Notes: a model not told the origin generated them from the letters alone. DNA of 64,000 bases from an uncultured candidatus Porisulfidus sp. (GCA_965215125.1 OZ244052.1:864001-928000), one strand, 5' to 3'. Counted from the stretch's first letter, positions 53,504 through 64,000 are shown. Made by a program: numbers and translations.

Positions 53504-54622
53504 TCAAGCGGTTTTGATCGGTATTCCTCCTATGCGTCTATAATCAAAAGGTACTTCGGTACGATGCGATTCTAAATTGGCAATTTCTACCAGTTGCTCG
53601 TGATGTTCGGAGAACTCACAAGCCGGATCCATATTGGCGGCGTCGCCGGTGATTGCGAATGCTTGACAACGACAACCTGCCCAATCTATCGTATGCCGCG
53701 GGCAACTGCGGCATTTCTCGGGCATCCAATCGGTGCCTCGAAATCTTTCGAATGCTTCGGAGTTTTGCCAAATATCCACAAGGCTACGTTCTTTAACATT
53801 ATCGAAGTTTAGCGAGGTAATACTTTCGGCGGCATGGCACGGCATCACTTTGCCCGACGGGGTGATATTCAGAAATTGTCTAGCCCACCCGCCCATACAT
53901 GCCTTGGGTCGTTTGGCATAGTAATCCGGAACCACATAATCGATGGTCAAAATACCCTTGAGTTGTTCTATTGCCTTTTCTACAACTTCGGTTGCCACCT
54001 CCAGCTGTTTCCGCAACGGCATCAGTGCCGCACGGTTATGATACGCCCAGCCGTAGTACTGTACATGTGCCACCTCCAGCCGAGAAGCTCCCAGACTGAC
54101 TGCGAAATCAATAATGGAAGGAAGATTCTCTATATTCATTTTATGTATTGGTGCGTTGACGGTTAACGACAAGTTATTGTCCTTCACCGCTTTGGCAATC
54201 CTGACTTTCTGCTTGAAGCTATGTTTATTACCGCTGATGTGGTTGGCGGTGTCTTCTTTGCTATCTTGTATGCTAATTTGTACATGCTTCAACCCGTAGC
54301 GAGTGAGGGTTTCCATGCGTTGTTCGTCGAGCGAAGCTGCGGAAGTAATCAAATTACTATACAACCCGAGTTCTTCGGCTGCTTTTACCAAATCTTCGAG
54401 ATCTTTGCGAACCGCAGGCTCTCCGCCGGAGAAATGGACTTGCAAAATTCCCATACCTACCGCTTGCTCCAGCACATCGCACCATTGTTCGGTATTCAAT
54501 TCACCGGCGGCGCGTTCCAGTTGCTCGGGATTAGAACAATAGGGGCACTGCAACGGGCAGCGGTGCGTCAGTTCGCACAATATAGAAACCGGCATCCCGA
54601 TACTTTGATCTTTGGCACTCAT
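53504..54622 (-). CDS. pqqE: PqqA peptide cyclase (radical SAM-SPASM)
   Basis: ELTHRCPLQCPYCSNP, QYYGWA, CMGGW, CRCQA. Confidence 0.96.
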   Translation of the reverse strand: MSAKDQSIGMPVSILCELTHRCPLQCPYCSNPEQLERAAGELNTEQWCDVLEQAVGMGILQVHFSGGEPAVRKDLEDLVKAAEELGLYSNLITSAASLDEQRMETLTRYGLKHVQISIQDSKEDTANHISGNKHSFKQKVRIAKAVKDNNLSLTVNAPIHKMNIENLPSIIDFAVSLGASRLEVAHVQYYGWAYHNRAALMPLRKQLEVATEVVEKAIEQLKGILTIDYVVPDYYAKRPKACMGGWARQFLNITPSGKVMPCHAAESITSLNFDNVKERSLVDIWQNSEAFERFRGTDWMPEKCRSCPRHTIDWAGCRCQAFAITGDAANMDPACEFSEHHEQLVEIANLESHRTEVPFDYRRIGGIPIKTA

Positions 54623-54924
54623 ATCGTCATAAAGTCCTTATCTACTAAATCTTGTAGCATCGTTTTTACATCCTTCTGAATCTCTTCGGAAGGCGCATTA
54701 TACTCTTTTGCCAATTTCTCGGAAATAGCTGCAACCGTGGTCTTTCCGTCGCACAATCGCAAGATTTCCAGCGCAATCTCGTCCGGTGTCAATAAACGTT
54801 CCGGTGCCAATAATACCCAAGCGTCGCGTACCTTGTCATGGTGTAGCCTGATATGTGTCGGTAATATCGGTATAGATTCGGCCGATACCATTGTGCGGTC
54901 GGGGAGTGTTTGCTTATCGTTCAT
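54619..54924 (-). CDS. pqqD: PqqA-binding protein
   Basis: WVLLAPER, ILRLCDG; position in the operon. Confidence 0.93.
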   Translation of the reverse strand: MNDKQTLPDRTMVSAESIPILPTHIRLHHDKVRDAWVLLAPERLLTPDEIALEILRLCDGKTTVAAISEKLAKEYNAPSEEIQKDVKTMLQDLVDKDFMTI

Positions 54925-55660
54925 TCGGTACGAAACAGTCCGGTGGCACTAGACACGGCTCTACATAAGAAAAGTACAACGCGTCCAGTTGGCTCCACAA
55001 AATATCACATTTGAATCGTAATGCGTTCAATACGCCTTCTTGCTCGTCGATTGTGTGGGCATGATCGAGCACATATTGGAGCGCAAAATCGACATCGCGC
55101 CGCGCTTGGGTCAGCCTCGGTTTGAAATAGGCTAAGGTCTCTTCGGTTATAAAATCGTAATTTTTCAACATACCGGAGACCCTTTCGGCAATAATCGTCG
55201 GTGAGAAGATCTCGGTTAACGACGATGCGATCGCTTCGAGTAGCGGCCGTTCCGATACAAAGCGTACATAGGCATCGGCAGAAAATTTTGATGCCGGCAA
55301 AGCACCGTCTTGTGATATTACATAATCGCGTATTAAACCCAAACCGTCGGTCAGTTTGAGCCAACGTTCTATTCCACCCCCGCTTGTTTCGCTGCCGTCA
55401 TGGTCTTCTATTCTTTGCCGCCACTCGCGACGCATAACATTACAAGGCATTCTCGCCATCAAGTAGGTATCTTTAATAGGGATGATGGCTTGATAGCAAT
55501 AGCGATTTAGTGCCCACGCCTGGACTTGTCCGCGACCAAGTTCCCCGGTATGCAACAAACGATGAAAAGGATGCTTGTCGTGGTAGTAACGCTCGCCTAT
55601 TTCGTGCAGATGTTGCTTGAGCTGTTCCGGCATCAATGTCTCTTTCAGAGTGATTCTCAT
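54914..55660 (-). CDS. pqqC: Pyrroloquinoline-quinone synthase
   Basis: YHDKHPFH, WALNRY, RIEDHDG, SSLTE, FKCDILWSQLD. Confidence 0.95.
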   Translation of the reverse strand: MRITLKETLMPEQLKQHLHEIGERYYHDKHPFHRLLHTGELGRGQVQAWALNRYCYQAIIPIKDTYLMARMPCNVMRREWRQRIEDHDGSETSGGGIERWLKLTDGLGLIRDYVISQDGALPASKFSADAYVRFVSERPLLEAIASSLTEIFSPTIIAERVSGMLKNYDFITEETLAYFKPRLTQARRDVDFALQYVLDHAHTIDEQEGVLNALRFKCDILWSQLDALYFSYVEPCLVPPDCFVPNER

Positions 55661-56586
55661 AATAAAATTTCCATTCCATCGTGCGATATCGTCCAACCTG
55701 CTGACTCTACCATTTTTCTTTCGGGTGAGTTTTGAAGTAGCACGGGATTAGTATTGTTGATATGAATATAAATTTTCCGATCGATATCAATATCGCTAAA
55801 AGTTTTGAGCGAACCGTCGTCGCCGTCCATGTTGATATGTCCCATCCGTTCACCGGTTTTTTGTCCGACTCCCATTTTAACCATTTCGTCGTTTCTAAAT
55901 AAAGTACCGTCAAAAAATAAAAGCTCGGCACCGTTTAACCTTTGTTTGAGCCAATCGGGTACTCGAGCGCAACCCGGAATATAGTAGAACGAAGCGTTGC
56001 TTTGCAAGTCGCGTACATGCAAGCCCACCGTATCGCCTTCCTGGGTGCCAAAGTTATCGCCTTGGTTTTGATCTTCCAAAAACAATGCGACTTTGCCGGG
56101 AACGGCAAACGCTTCAACCTCAAGACCTAAGGATTCATTTTGTGCGTCTTTAACCTCAAAGGTATCGGATAATTCAAAGGTGTTGCGTTTGACATAATCG
56201 GGGTTGAGCACATTAAATATGCTGTTTGATGCCAGTATGCTTTGTACTCTGTCGGATGCATAAATGCGAAAAGGCTCGCTTTCACGCATCGTGAGTAATC
56301 CGGCAACATGATCGACATCGCCGTTAGTTAAAATAACCGCATCAATCGGGCTACCTCTGAGTCCGTTGCACGGATGGAGTGCTTTGCTTTGGTTAACTTG
56401 ATAACGTAAATCGGGAGAGCAGTTCAGAAGTAAGAATTTGCGGTCATCGGATGAAACCGCTATTGAAGATTGGCTTCTCGGAACTGAAAGGGTATTGCCG
56501 TTTCTCGCTAATCTACAATACTCTGTGTTGCAGTTCCATTGAGGAAATCCACCTCCTGCTGCCGACCCTAATACAACAATTCGCAT
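55657..56586 (-). CDS. pqqB: PQQ biosynthesis protein B
   Basis: LGSAAGGGFPQWNC, DHVAGL, MGH, HINNTNP. Confidence 0.96.
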   Translation of the reverse strand: MRIVVLGSAAGGGFPQWNCNTEYCRLARNGNTLSVPRSQSSIAVSSDDRKFLLLNCSPDLRYQVNQSKALHPCNGLRGSPIDAVILTNGDVDHVAGLLTMRESEPFRIYASDRVQSILASNSIFNVLNPDYVKRNTFELSDTFEVKDAQNESLGLEVEAFAVPGKVALFLEDQNQGDNFGTQEGDTVGLHVRDLQSNASFYYIPGCARVPDWLKQRLNGAELLFFDGTLFRNDEMVKMGVGQKTGERMGHINMDGDDGSLKTFSDIDIDRKIYIHINNTNPVLLQNSPERKMVESAGWTISHDGMEILL

Positions 56587-56633
56587 TGTGAATTAGTTTT
56601 CGACAGCAGTCGGTAGATAACTAAATGATCTAT

Positions 56634-56714
56634 TTAGAGCTCGGCGCAGGCATAGCAGTTAATCTCCATGCCAACAGAAGTTTCTCTAATAGAAGGTTGT
56701 TTCCAGTATTTCAT
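56634..56714 (-). CDS. pqqA: PQQ precursor peptide MKYWKQPSIRETSVGMEINCYACAEL
   Basis: GGAGG RBS; E-x-x-x-Y motif; directly upstream of pqqB; missing from the ORF track. Confidence 0.93.
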   Translation of the reverse strand: MKYWKQPSIRETSVGMEINCYACAEL

Positions 56715-56926
56715 TTTTACCTCCAGTTTTATAAACTTTAATCAATTGCTCACAAGTATCCATTTAATAAACGGTTCTTAGTGAATCGTTAGAACATAGT
56801 AGCATGATACCCCTAATCTCACAATAGAATATACAATTAATAATCTATATTACAGCGATAATAAATATATTTATAAGGGTGATAAAATGTCCTATATATC
56901 AGCACTTTAACAGATAATTTTTGTTC

Positions 56927-57292
56927 TCAAAAACAACGAATTTCGGCTTCGGCCTGAGCCGTACGCAATGTCTCAAGTGCTTTATTGACCCATTCCACAT
57001 CACGAAATATTGCGGTGCGTTCTCCCGACATCTGTCTCATTCTAACCGTGGTCTCGGCATCCACATACTCGTCATAAGTCATTAACTCGGCAATCGTATC
57101 TACGCTACACGAGCATTTATCAAGCATTTCTCGTGACTGACCATTCGTACTCATGCATGCAAAGACATATTCCGCGCGCGCACTGGTCGGAAAATCATTT
57201 GCGCTGGCTTGCTCGGTCACTAGAAAACCAAACACCAAAAAAAACATCAATGATGTTTTTCTATGTCCTTTTATAATTTGTCCTAACTTCAT
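56927..57292 (-). CDS. Exported Cys-containing hypothetical protein of xox/PQQ clusters
   Basis: NDFPTSARAEYVFACM...KCSCSVD...RCF. Confidence 0.7.
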   Translation of the reverse strand: MKLGQIIKGHRKTSLMFFLVFGFLVTEQASANDFPTSARAEYVFACMSTNGQSREMLDKCSCSVDTIAELMTYDEYVDAETTVRMRQMSGERTAIFRDVEWVNKALETLRTAQAEAEIRCF

Positions 57293-57324
57293 TTTTACTC
57301 CTTTTTTGCTTTGTGAATACATTA

Positions 57325-58080
57325 TTACTTTGTCATGTCCATACGATTAAATCGTATTAGTGTGGACTCAATCGGCTCTGCGGACGAGTCGTCTTCTCCG
57401 TTACCGGTTTTGGAGGGTATCAGCGTGCTGATACTATATATTCCACCCGGCACCGCATCGCTAACAACAAATTCATAATACTTTTGGGGATAGTCCTTGT
57501 AGAGATCATCATCTTGTTGTTGAACCAGAGGTTGAAAAAACACTTTGTGTGCTGTTTCGCTACGACCCTCAAAATCAATTTTAATTTCCTCGCTATCGGC
57601 ATTGGTTAGAAATGCCTGACGCAGTAAGTGGCGAAAATAATGGTGTGTTACTTTGCTACCGCTGTCCATTTTTTCTACATCCCATTGCAGAAAAAACATC
57701 AGCAACGGGTTAGCATGAAAATCCTTGATATCGGAGTAGGGTCTGTTATTCTCACCGCTCAAGAATGAAACTTCTAAATCTTTGCCACCGCGCTCCGAAA
57801 TACCGGTAATAGTCAAAATAATCTCGTCGTTAAAACTAAGCGTATTCGCTCCGTGCTGATGAAAATCATAATACAAAGCAGCTTCGTTTTTTATATTATC
57901 CAAGTGCGGAGTAGAAAATAATAACTCTTGTGCTTCGGAATAGCCGTTGCCGACTTGTTCTTTTTGCTCTTCACTCGGTTGCGTGTCGGCAAACGCAAGT
58001 GTTATGCAAAACAATAAAACTGCGTATAAATATATGCGCATATTAAGTAAATATTTCATGTTAATTGTCCTTTTGTTCAT
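57325..58080 (-). CDS. Exported hypothetical protein
   Basis: Signal peptide; NPLLMFFLQWDV; VPGG; in an operon with xoxJ. Confidence 0.7.
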   Translation of the reverse strand: MNKRTINMKYLLNMRIYLYAVLLFCITLAFADTQPSEEQKEQVGNGYSEAQELLFSTPHLDNIKNEAALYYDFHQHGANTLSFNDEIILTITGISERGGKDLEVSFLSGENNRPYSDIKDFHANPLLMFFLQWDVEKMDSGSKVTHHYFRHLLRQAFLTNADSEEIKIDFEGRSETAHKVFFQPLVQQQDDDLYKDYPQKYYEFVVSDAVPGGIYSISTLIPSKTGNGEDDSSAEPIESTLIRFNRMDMTK

Positions 58081-58651
58081 TAATAAATTCGGGCATCGGT
58101 ACCGCTTTACTACGTTCCAATTTATAACCTAAGGTTTCCCATTCGTCGCTACCGCCGGGGAACCAATAAACGTTATGATAACCCAATTCGAGTGCACGCT
58201 TTGCCGCGTTCCACGACATCCAGCAATCCATAAGACAATAAAAAACCAATGGTGGATTATCCTTTCCTGCTACTATTTTCTCCAGATTTTCTATTAAATA
58301 TTTCTTAAACAACGGTGAAATAGGTCCGTCTCCGACATTGGGTAACCACACGCTACCGGGTAAATTATAGCGTGGTGGTGTGCGCCATAAACGGTCGGGG
58401 GGGAAATCGGGTGGCTTACGCTCGAGCGGCAATACATCTATCAATACGGTTTGCTTATTCTCTTGCATCAGAGCATATAGTTCGATGGAGTCCACTACGG
58501 TTGCCCCGGCCAAGGTGGCAGGGGTGGGTGTTCTATATTCACCCATACGATAGCCTTGTGGCTCGGGAATAAAGCCACTGGCATTCACCGGCATTACAAC
58601 GGCTATAGCGACTAGTAGGGGTGTAAGCGGTGTCAAAGAATGCATTTGCAT
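58061..58651 (-). CDS. PQQ catabolism-associated CXXCW rhodanese-like protein
   Basis: FYCLMDCWMSWNAAKRA. Confidence 0.9.
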   Translation of the reverse strand: MQMHSLTPLTPLLVAIAVVMPVNASGFIPEPQGYRMGEYRTPTPATLAGATVVDSIELYALMQENKQTVLIDVLPLERKPPDFPPDRLWRTPPRYNLPGSVWLPNVGDGPISPLFKKYLIENLEKIVAGKDNPPLVFYCLMDCWMSWNAAKRALELGYHNVYWFPGGSDEWETLGYKLERSKAVPMPEFINEQKDN

Positions 58652-59472
58652 TATCTTGCCGATACTAGCGGCACACCGTATTCGGTTAAAATAGCATCTA
58701 TGTCTTCTTTATTCCGGCGTATGAATGTATTCAGGGTTTTCTTCCATTCAGCTTCTCCGCGCCTAATGCCCATCGTGATAGAAAAAACCATCGGATACGC
58801 CTCGGAGTCGGCTTCGGCCAAGGACACAATTTCAAAAGGTGAGTCATATTGCTTATTTAAGTATCCGGCAACCGGACCCCACAAAACCGCAACATCTAAT
58901 TTACCGTCCATCATATCTTTGATAATTTGTTCGCCCGGTGAGTCCGCTCGCGTATCAACCCACAAATGATACGGAGACACCTGCTCCATCAGACCTTGCT
59001 CCAGCAATAATCCGCTCGGTGGTGTTCCGGCAATCAAACCTATACGTAGATTTCGCTCTCTTATAACTTTATCCGTCAAGGAAGTCACCTCATAATCGGC
59101 TTGCGACGGATAAACGATTACAAAAGCCGATGTGTAGTATGGGTTGGTATTCAAGACTAACTCGTGGGCTGCCGAAAAACCGATGATTACGTCGCATTTT
59201 CGTGCGCGTAAGGTAGTACGAACGAACCCCATACTTTGCGGAAACCAAAAATAATTTACGGGTAATTCCAAGCTATCGGCAAGAAGTTTAGCTATTTTAT
59301 TTTCAAATCCTTGCTGTAATCTATTTGAAAACGGTAAATTACTCGGATCGCCGCATACACGCAACGATGTCCGTGATTTTATTTCGGTTATACCCTCGGC
59401 GGATACTTGAGAAGCATATATAAGCGATATAGCGAGGGCAATAGCTAGATAAAGTTTCATAATCTTTACCAA
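58651..59472 (-). CDS. xoxJ: XoxJ/MxaJ-family periplasmic binding protein
   Basis: LRVCGDPSNLPFSN, GFVRTTL, WGPVAGY; follows xoxF-xoxG. Confidence 0.85.
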   Translation of the reverse strand: MVKIMKLYLAIALAISLIYASQVSAEGITEIKSRTSLRVCGDPSNLPFSNRLQQGFENKIAKLLADSLELPVNYFWFPQSMGFVRTTLRARKCDVIIGFSAAHELVLNTNPYYTSAFVIVYPSQADYEVTSLTDKVIRERNLRIGLIAGTPPSGLLLEQGLMEQVSPYHLWVDTRADSPGEQIIKDMMDGKLDVAVLWGPVAGYLNKQYDSPFEIVSLAEADSEAYPMVFSITMGIRRGEAEWKKTLNTFIRRNKEDIDAILTEYGVPLVSAR

Positions 59473-59530
59473 TATATACTATATGCGTTTTATCGGAAGC
59501 GGTAGAGCAATCGGATTACGCAAGTTTAGG

Positions 59531-60028
59531 TTATGAACCGAAGCAGGCTTTATCTCTTTCTATGGCTTCCTCGGGTTTAGCTTGTTTATCGGGACGTTCC
59601 GTTCCTATTACCTTATCGGCTCTTGCGTAAAGGTATGCATAAATATCATCCAAGAAACACATTACATTTAAGTTTGTCCCGAAAGCGGGCATAACATTCT
59701 GCATATCTGCACTAACATTCACTCTGCCGTTTACGACGACTTCCCAAAATTCTTCGTAACCAAGATTTTTCGTTGAATCGAGTAAATTAGGGGCAAAAGA
59801 ACTTCCCAAGCCGGCAGGCCCGTGGCACACATGGCATTCGGCGTGATAGCGCCTGAAGCCACTAAATGTATACCAGTCTACTCTGCCTTCATCATCGATG
59901 CTATAGGGTTTCTCCTCTTCTGCCAAATCTGCTTGGTCGGAAGATGCATAACCCGGCATCAATATCAAAGCGAGTAACATTGCGCCCAGAAACATCCAAA
60001 GTGATTGTCTTATCTTTTCAGAAATCAT
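59531..60028 (-). CDS. xoxG: Methanol-metabolism c-type cytochrome
   Basis: GFRRYHAECHVCHG, MPAFG; follows xoxF. Confidence 0.85.
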   Translation of the reverse strand: MISEKIRQSLWMFLGAMLLALILMPGYASSDQADLAEEEKPYSIDDEGRVDWYTFSGFRRYHAECHVCHGPAGLGSSFAPNLLDSTKNLGYEEFWEVVVNGRVNVSADMQNVMPAFGTNLNVMCFLDDIYAYLYARADKVIGTERPDKQAKPEEAIERDKACFGS

Positions 60029-60047
60029 AGTTTTATCTCCTGTAAAT

Positions 60048-60087
60048 AAAAAAGCCCGCCATCCGTACAAAAGTTCGGATGGCGGAC
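60048..60087 (-). terminator. Terminator or attenuator hairpin between xoxF and xoxG
   Basis: GTCCGCCATCCG-loop-CGGATGGCGGGC followed by TTTTTT. Confidence 0.75.
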
Positions 60088-60134
60088 ATCAAGACTTTAG
60101 AAGCCTTGTTTACTGTTTCTCTTTTAAGCTCTGA

Positions 60135-61916
60135 TTAGAGAGAGAATACAGTTAATACACCACCTAGGCGGGTATAGTTTTGTAGGTGACGATAGCCACC
60201 GACTGCACCCAAGCCATCGGAGTCTTCGGTCAATCCGGCAGCCATGCCTATGCCTGCCCAACCACCGACACCCGATAGGACAGCAACATATTGCGTGCCT
60301 CCGTGTTTGTAGGTCATAACATTACCGATAATCCCCGATGGGGTTTTGAACTTATATAGTTCTCTACCGGTTTTGGCATCAACAGCTTTCAGATAACCTT
60401 CAAGCGTACCGTAGAAAACGACACCGCCGGCTGTTGCCAAAGCACCGCTCCATACGGAGAACTTCTCTTCGTTGCTCCACTTAATCTCACCGGTACCGGC
60501 ATCCCAGGCAATGAAATTGCCCATGTGATCACCACCCGGAGCAGGATACATCTTGAGTGTAGCACCAACGTAGGGTTGCCCTGCAGTATAGCTCACTCTG
60601 AACGGCTCATAATCCATGCAGACATGGTTAGTCGGTACATAGAATAAGCCGGTCATCGGAGAGAACGCCGCCGGTTGTTGATCTTTGGTGCCTAGCGCAG
60701 CGGGGCAGATGTCGGTTGTATTGACATCTTCGCCTTGCTCACCAGGTGCATATTTAGCCACAACTTGCGGGCGACCGGTCTTCATATCAACGTGCGTTGC
60801 CCAGTTAACCACAGGGTCAAACTTTTCGGCAACCAACAATTCACCGGTTACACGATCAAGCGTATAGCCGAAACCGTTACGATCGAAGTGCACCAATGCT
60901 TTGCGCATTTGACCATTGACGGGAATATCGGCCAAGATCATCTCATTGATGCCGTCATAATCCCATTGATCCCACGGTGTCATTTGATAGACCCATTTGG
61001 CTTGTCCGCTATCCGCATCGCGTGCAAATATCGTCATAGACCAACGGTTGTCACCGGGACGCTGAACAGGGTTCCACGTGCTCGGGTTACCGGTGCCGTA
61101 GTAGACCAAGTTCACTTCCGGATCATACGAAAACCAGCCCCAGGTCGTGCCGCCACCAATTTTCCATTGGTCTCCTTCCCAGGTTGTCATACCTGAGTCT
61201 CTACCAACGGATTGGCCGAGGTGCGTCGTTGACGGTCCCATCAAAGTGTCGGAATCGGGTCCCATCGAGTAGCCTCGCCAGACTCTTTTGCCGGTATTGA
61301 TGTCGTATGCAGTTAAGTGACCACGAACACCAAATTCGCCGCCACTGATACCGATATAGACTTTGTCTTTGACAACCATAGGTGCCGCAGTACCGGTTTG
61401 TCCTTTGGAGATATCACCGTTTTTCGCACTCCAGATCATTTTGCCGCTTTTAGCGTCTAATGCGACCAGAGTGGTATCGGCTTGATGCAGGAATATCTTA
61501 CCGTCGCCATAAGCAACGCCGCGATTTACAGTATCGCAACACATCACCGGGATTGTTGCCGGATCTTGCTTAGGCTCGTATTCCCAAGCGATGCTTGCAT
61601 CGTTATCAAGATCCAGTGCCATCACTTTGTTCGGGAACGGTGTATGAACATACATCATATTACCAACCACCAGAGGGTTACCTTCGTGTCCTCTAAGAAC
61701 ACCTGTAGAGAAGGTCCACGCAACTTTCAGATCACCGACATTAGATGCAGTAATTTGATCTAACGAGGAGTATCTATGGTTGGCATAGTTACCAGTAGGC
61801 ATAACCCACTGATTGGGGTCGTCGGACATCTTCATAAGCATGCTGTTAGCATGCAGATTTGAAGTCCCGACCAGTGCAACTAATGTTGCAATAAAGAATG
61901 TAGATAATAATCTCAT
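60135..61916 (-). CDS. xoxF: Lanthanide-dependent methanol dehydrogenase
   Basis: [13 protein letters not shown]; vicinal CC in [10 protein letters not shown]; GGEFG; WDYDG carries the extra lanthanide-binding Asp; no mxaI in the window. Confidence 0.95.
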   Translation of the reverse strand: MRLLSTFFIATLVALVGTSNLHANSMLMKMSDDPNQWVMPTGNYANHRYSSLDQITASNVGDLKVAWTFSTGVLRGHEGNPLVVGNMMYVHTPFPNKVMALDLDNDASIAWEYEPKQDPATIPVMCCDTVNRGVAYGDGKIFLHQADTTLVALDAKSGKMIWSAKNGDISKGQTGTAAPMVVKDKVYIGISGGEFGVRGHLTAYDINTGKRVWRGYSMGPDSDTLMGPSTTHLGQSVGRDSGMTTWEGDQWKIGGGTTWGWFSYDPEVNLVYYGTGNPSTWNPVQRPGDNRWSMTIFARDADSGQAKWVYQMTPWDQWDYDGINEMILADIPVNGQMRKALVHFDRNGFGYTLDRVTGELLVAEKFDPVVNWATHVDMKTGRPQVVAKYAPGEQGEDVNTTDICPAALGTKDQQPAAFSPMTGLFYVPTNHVCMDYEPFRVSYTAGQPYVGATLKMYPAPGGDHMGNFIAWDAGTGEIKWSNEEKFSVWSGALATAGGVVFYGTLEGYLKAVDAKTGRELYKFKTPSGIIGNVMTYKHGGTQYVAVLSGVGGWAGIGMAAGLTEDSDGLGAVGGYRHLQNYTRLGGVLTVFSL

Positions 61917-62255
61917 TTCTTCCTCCCTTTTGTACAAAAGAAAATAGAATCCATTCAACTCAGAAAATTTCATTTGCATGAAATTCCTCGGACCTCATGT
62001 CCTCGCACGAACAAACTTTTCTCTTATGCAGAGAAAAAGTTTCCACCTCCTCTCCGTTCTTTTATGACTATAGCAGAAAGACAGTATATTGTCCTTTTTA
62101 GAACGAACAATTTTATCAATTCAATTTGTACTAAAACATTTTCAAATAACCATAAAACATAAGCTATATAATGCTTTAACAATTGGATTAAAATAAATAA
62201 ATAAGGAAAATAGATAAAATAAATGTGATAATGCCCGTCGGGACATCAGAAATTT

Positions 62256-63227
62256 TTAGAAATATCCTTTTGACCAGAAAGTTCCGGGCATGAGTTGAGT
62301 ACTGTTACCGACCGCTTCGCTGCCACCAATTTCAGACAGTATCGCCATCAGTTGTACCGCACTCTTTCGATCGGTTTCTCCCCATTGTGACGGGATGCCC
62401 TCGCGATAGCGATCGCGTAGCGCGATAAATGTTGCTTCGTTCTCTGCGCGCATCATCGGTCGCAATCTGTTCCATGCTTCGTTGTCGTTGCGCAAAAGTT
62501 CGCGAGCATTGCGTATCGCATTATTGAATCTCACGACCAGCCCGTTATGTTGCTTTGCCCAATCGCCACGAAAAGTGTAGCCTACCATCGGTATCGGATC
62601 TATGCCCAAATCCTTCATCACATCGGACATTTTCACTAGGGGATGATAGTTTATAGCTTCCAAACGAGCGCAGTAGTGCCAAAAATTCAACACTGCGTCT
62701 AGGTTGTTTCGTTCTATTTGCCCATTCAATAGCGGCGGTGCTGCATAATTAACGTCAACACTGTCGGATAATTTAAAGTTATGTTCCTTGTTCCCCCAGG
62801 CCTGCAATAACAACCAACTTTTATCGTGTGCGCCGCCTGCAACACCAAGCCTCAGATCGCGTAAATCGGACAACGACTCGATATTGGAATTGGGTGGCAT
62901 CATCACCGCGCCCAACGACGAGGAATAAGGAATAAAACTAAAGTCATCCCCTTCGGCACGTTTGCGCGACACCCAGACCCAGTCGGTTACAATCATATCT
63001 ACTTCCTTACTCTGAAAGATAATATGTACGGCTTGCTTATTTGCATACGACATGACTTCAATGCGAATGTCTTGTTCGGTATCGAGACCGTAATGCCGCG
63101 CAGTATCGAGTTCCCAATTTACCGTACCGAACTGTAGTGTCCCGACACGCACCGTTTCGGCTGCATTGATGATACCGCTAATCAGCATTATCAGTACAAA
63201 TAAAGTCGGCGTTATAAATCTCTTCAT
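62256..63227 (-). CDS. NitT/TauT-type ABC substrate-binding protein
   Basis: FGTVNWEL, DWVWVSR, DKSW, LNFWHYCARL. Confidence 0.82.
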   Translation of the reverse strand: MKRFITPTLFVLIMLISGIINAAETVRVGTLQFGTVNWELDTARHYGLDTEQDIRIEVMSYANKQAVHIIFQSKEVDMIVTDWVWVSRKRAEGDDFSFIPYSSSLGAVMMPPNSNIESLSDLRDLRLGVAGGAHDKSWLLLQAWGNKEHNFKLSDSVDVNYAAPPLLNGQIERNNLDAVLNFWHYCARLEAINYHPLVKMSDVMKDLGIDPIPMVGYTFRGDWAKQHNGLVVRFNNAIRNARELLRNDNEAWNRLRPMMRAENEATFIALRDRYREGIPSQWGETDRKSAVQLMAILSEIGGSEAVGNSTQLMPGTFWSKGYF

Positions 63228-63259
63228 CAAAACTCTCTCAAACATTTTTGGAAAAACCA

Positions 63260-64000
63260 TCAGTTTCCCGCCGCTGTCGCTTTCTCGGCAATAATCTCTT
63301 TGATGCTCGACGGGTCGGCCAGTGTAGAGATGTCACCGAGGTCATCGGTATCGTCGCTCGCAATTTTGCGTAGAATACGTCGCATGATCTTGCCGGAACG
63401 TGTTTTCGGCAAATTGGGAGCCCACTGGATAATGTCGGGAATTGCGATTGCACCGATTTGTCGGCGTACTAATTCGAATAATTCTTGCTTTATTGCATCG
63501 TCCCCGACAGTGCCTTCCATTAGTGTCACATAAGCATAGATGCCTTGTCCCTTAATGTCATGTGGATACGCAACTACGGCAGCTTCCGCAACCATATCGT
63601 GTTCCACCAGTGCGCTTTCAATTTCGGCGGTACCCAAGCGATGCCCCGAGACATTAATAATGTCGTCGACGCGCCCGGTAATCCAGTAATAACCGTCCTC
63701 GTCTCTACGACACCCGTCGCCGCTAAAGTATTTGCCGGGGAAAGTACTGAAGTAGGTGTCTACGAACCGCTGGTGATCGCCGTATACGGTACGCATCTGA
63801 CCAGGCCATGGTTTAGTAATAACCAGATTGCCTTCACAAGCACCCTCAAGTTCGTTTCCTTTATCGTCTACTATCGCCGGACAAACGCCGAAAAAAGGCC
63901 GTGTTGCGGAACCTGGTTTTAGTGCAGTTGCACCGGGTAGCGGTGTAATCATGTGACCGCCGGTTTCCGTTTGCCACCATGTATCTATAATCGGGCAACG
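63260..64000 (-). CDS. acs: Acetyl-CoA synthetase, C-terminal part, truncated by the window edge
   Basis: [40 protein letters not shown]. Confidence 0.95.
   Translation of the reverse strand, partial: RCPIIDTWWQTETGGHMITPLPGATALKPGSATRPFFGVCPAIVDDKGNELEGACEGNLVITKPWPGQMRTVYGDHQRFVDTYFSTFPGKYFSGDGCRRDEDGYYWITGRVDDIINVSGHRLGTAEIESALVEHDMVAEAAVVAYPHDIKGQGIYAYVTLMEGTVGDDAIKQELFELVRRQIGAIAIPDIIQWAPNLPKTRSGKIMRRILRKIASDDTDDLGDISTLADPSSIKEIIAEKATAAGN

Overview
Chromosomal window from a probable gammaproteobacterium; the taxon is inferred from gene types only. The left third holds housekeeping genes: thiSG-trmB, bcp, an AddB-like nuclease, fdxA, xth, gyrB, aroQ-accBC, mpl, yaaA, queA-tgt, dnaX and SRP RNA. 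The stretch from about 26 to 63 kb is a dispersed lanthanide/PQQ methanol-oxidation region: xoxF-xoxG-xoxJ, pqqABCDE, a Lut/Ped-like ABC system, a SoxYZ-like carrier and a CXXCW rhodanese. Intergenic spaces are filled with nested mosaics of at least four short repeat families (A-D). There are three mobile elements: an IS110 with a readable bridge RNA inserted in a REP-like palindrome, an IS1380 inserted in another repeat, and a TnpB with all three RuvC acidic residues that is bounded by about 25-bp terminal inverted repeats rather than IS200/IS605-type ends. Other leads are an unannotated 23-aa hydrophobic peptide gene with a structured anti-Shine-Dalgarno 3' RNA, and a TolQ/ExbD-like motor operon divergent from a very acidic outer-membrane barrel beside the Lut-like genes.
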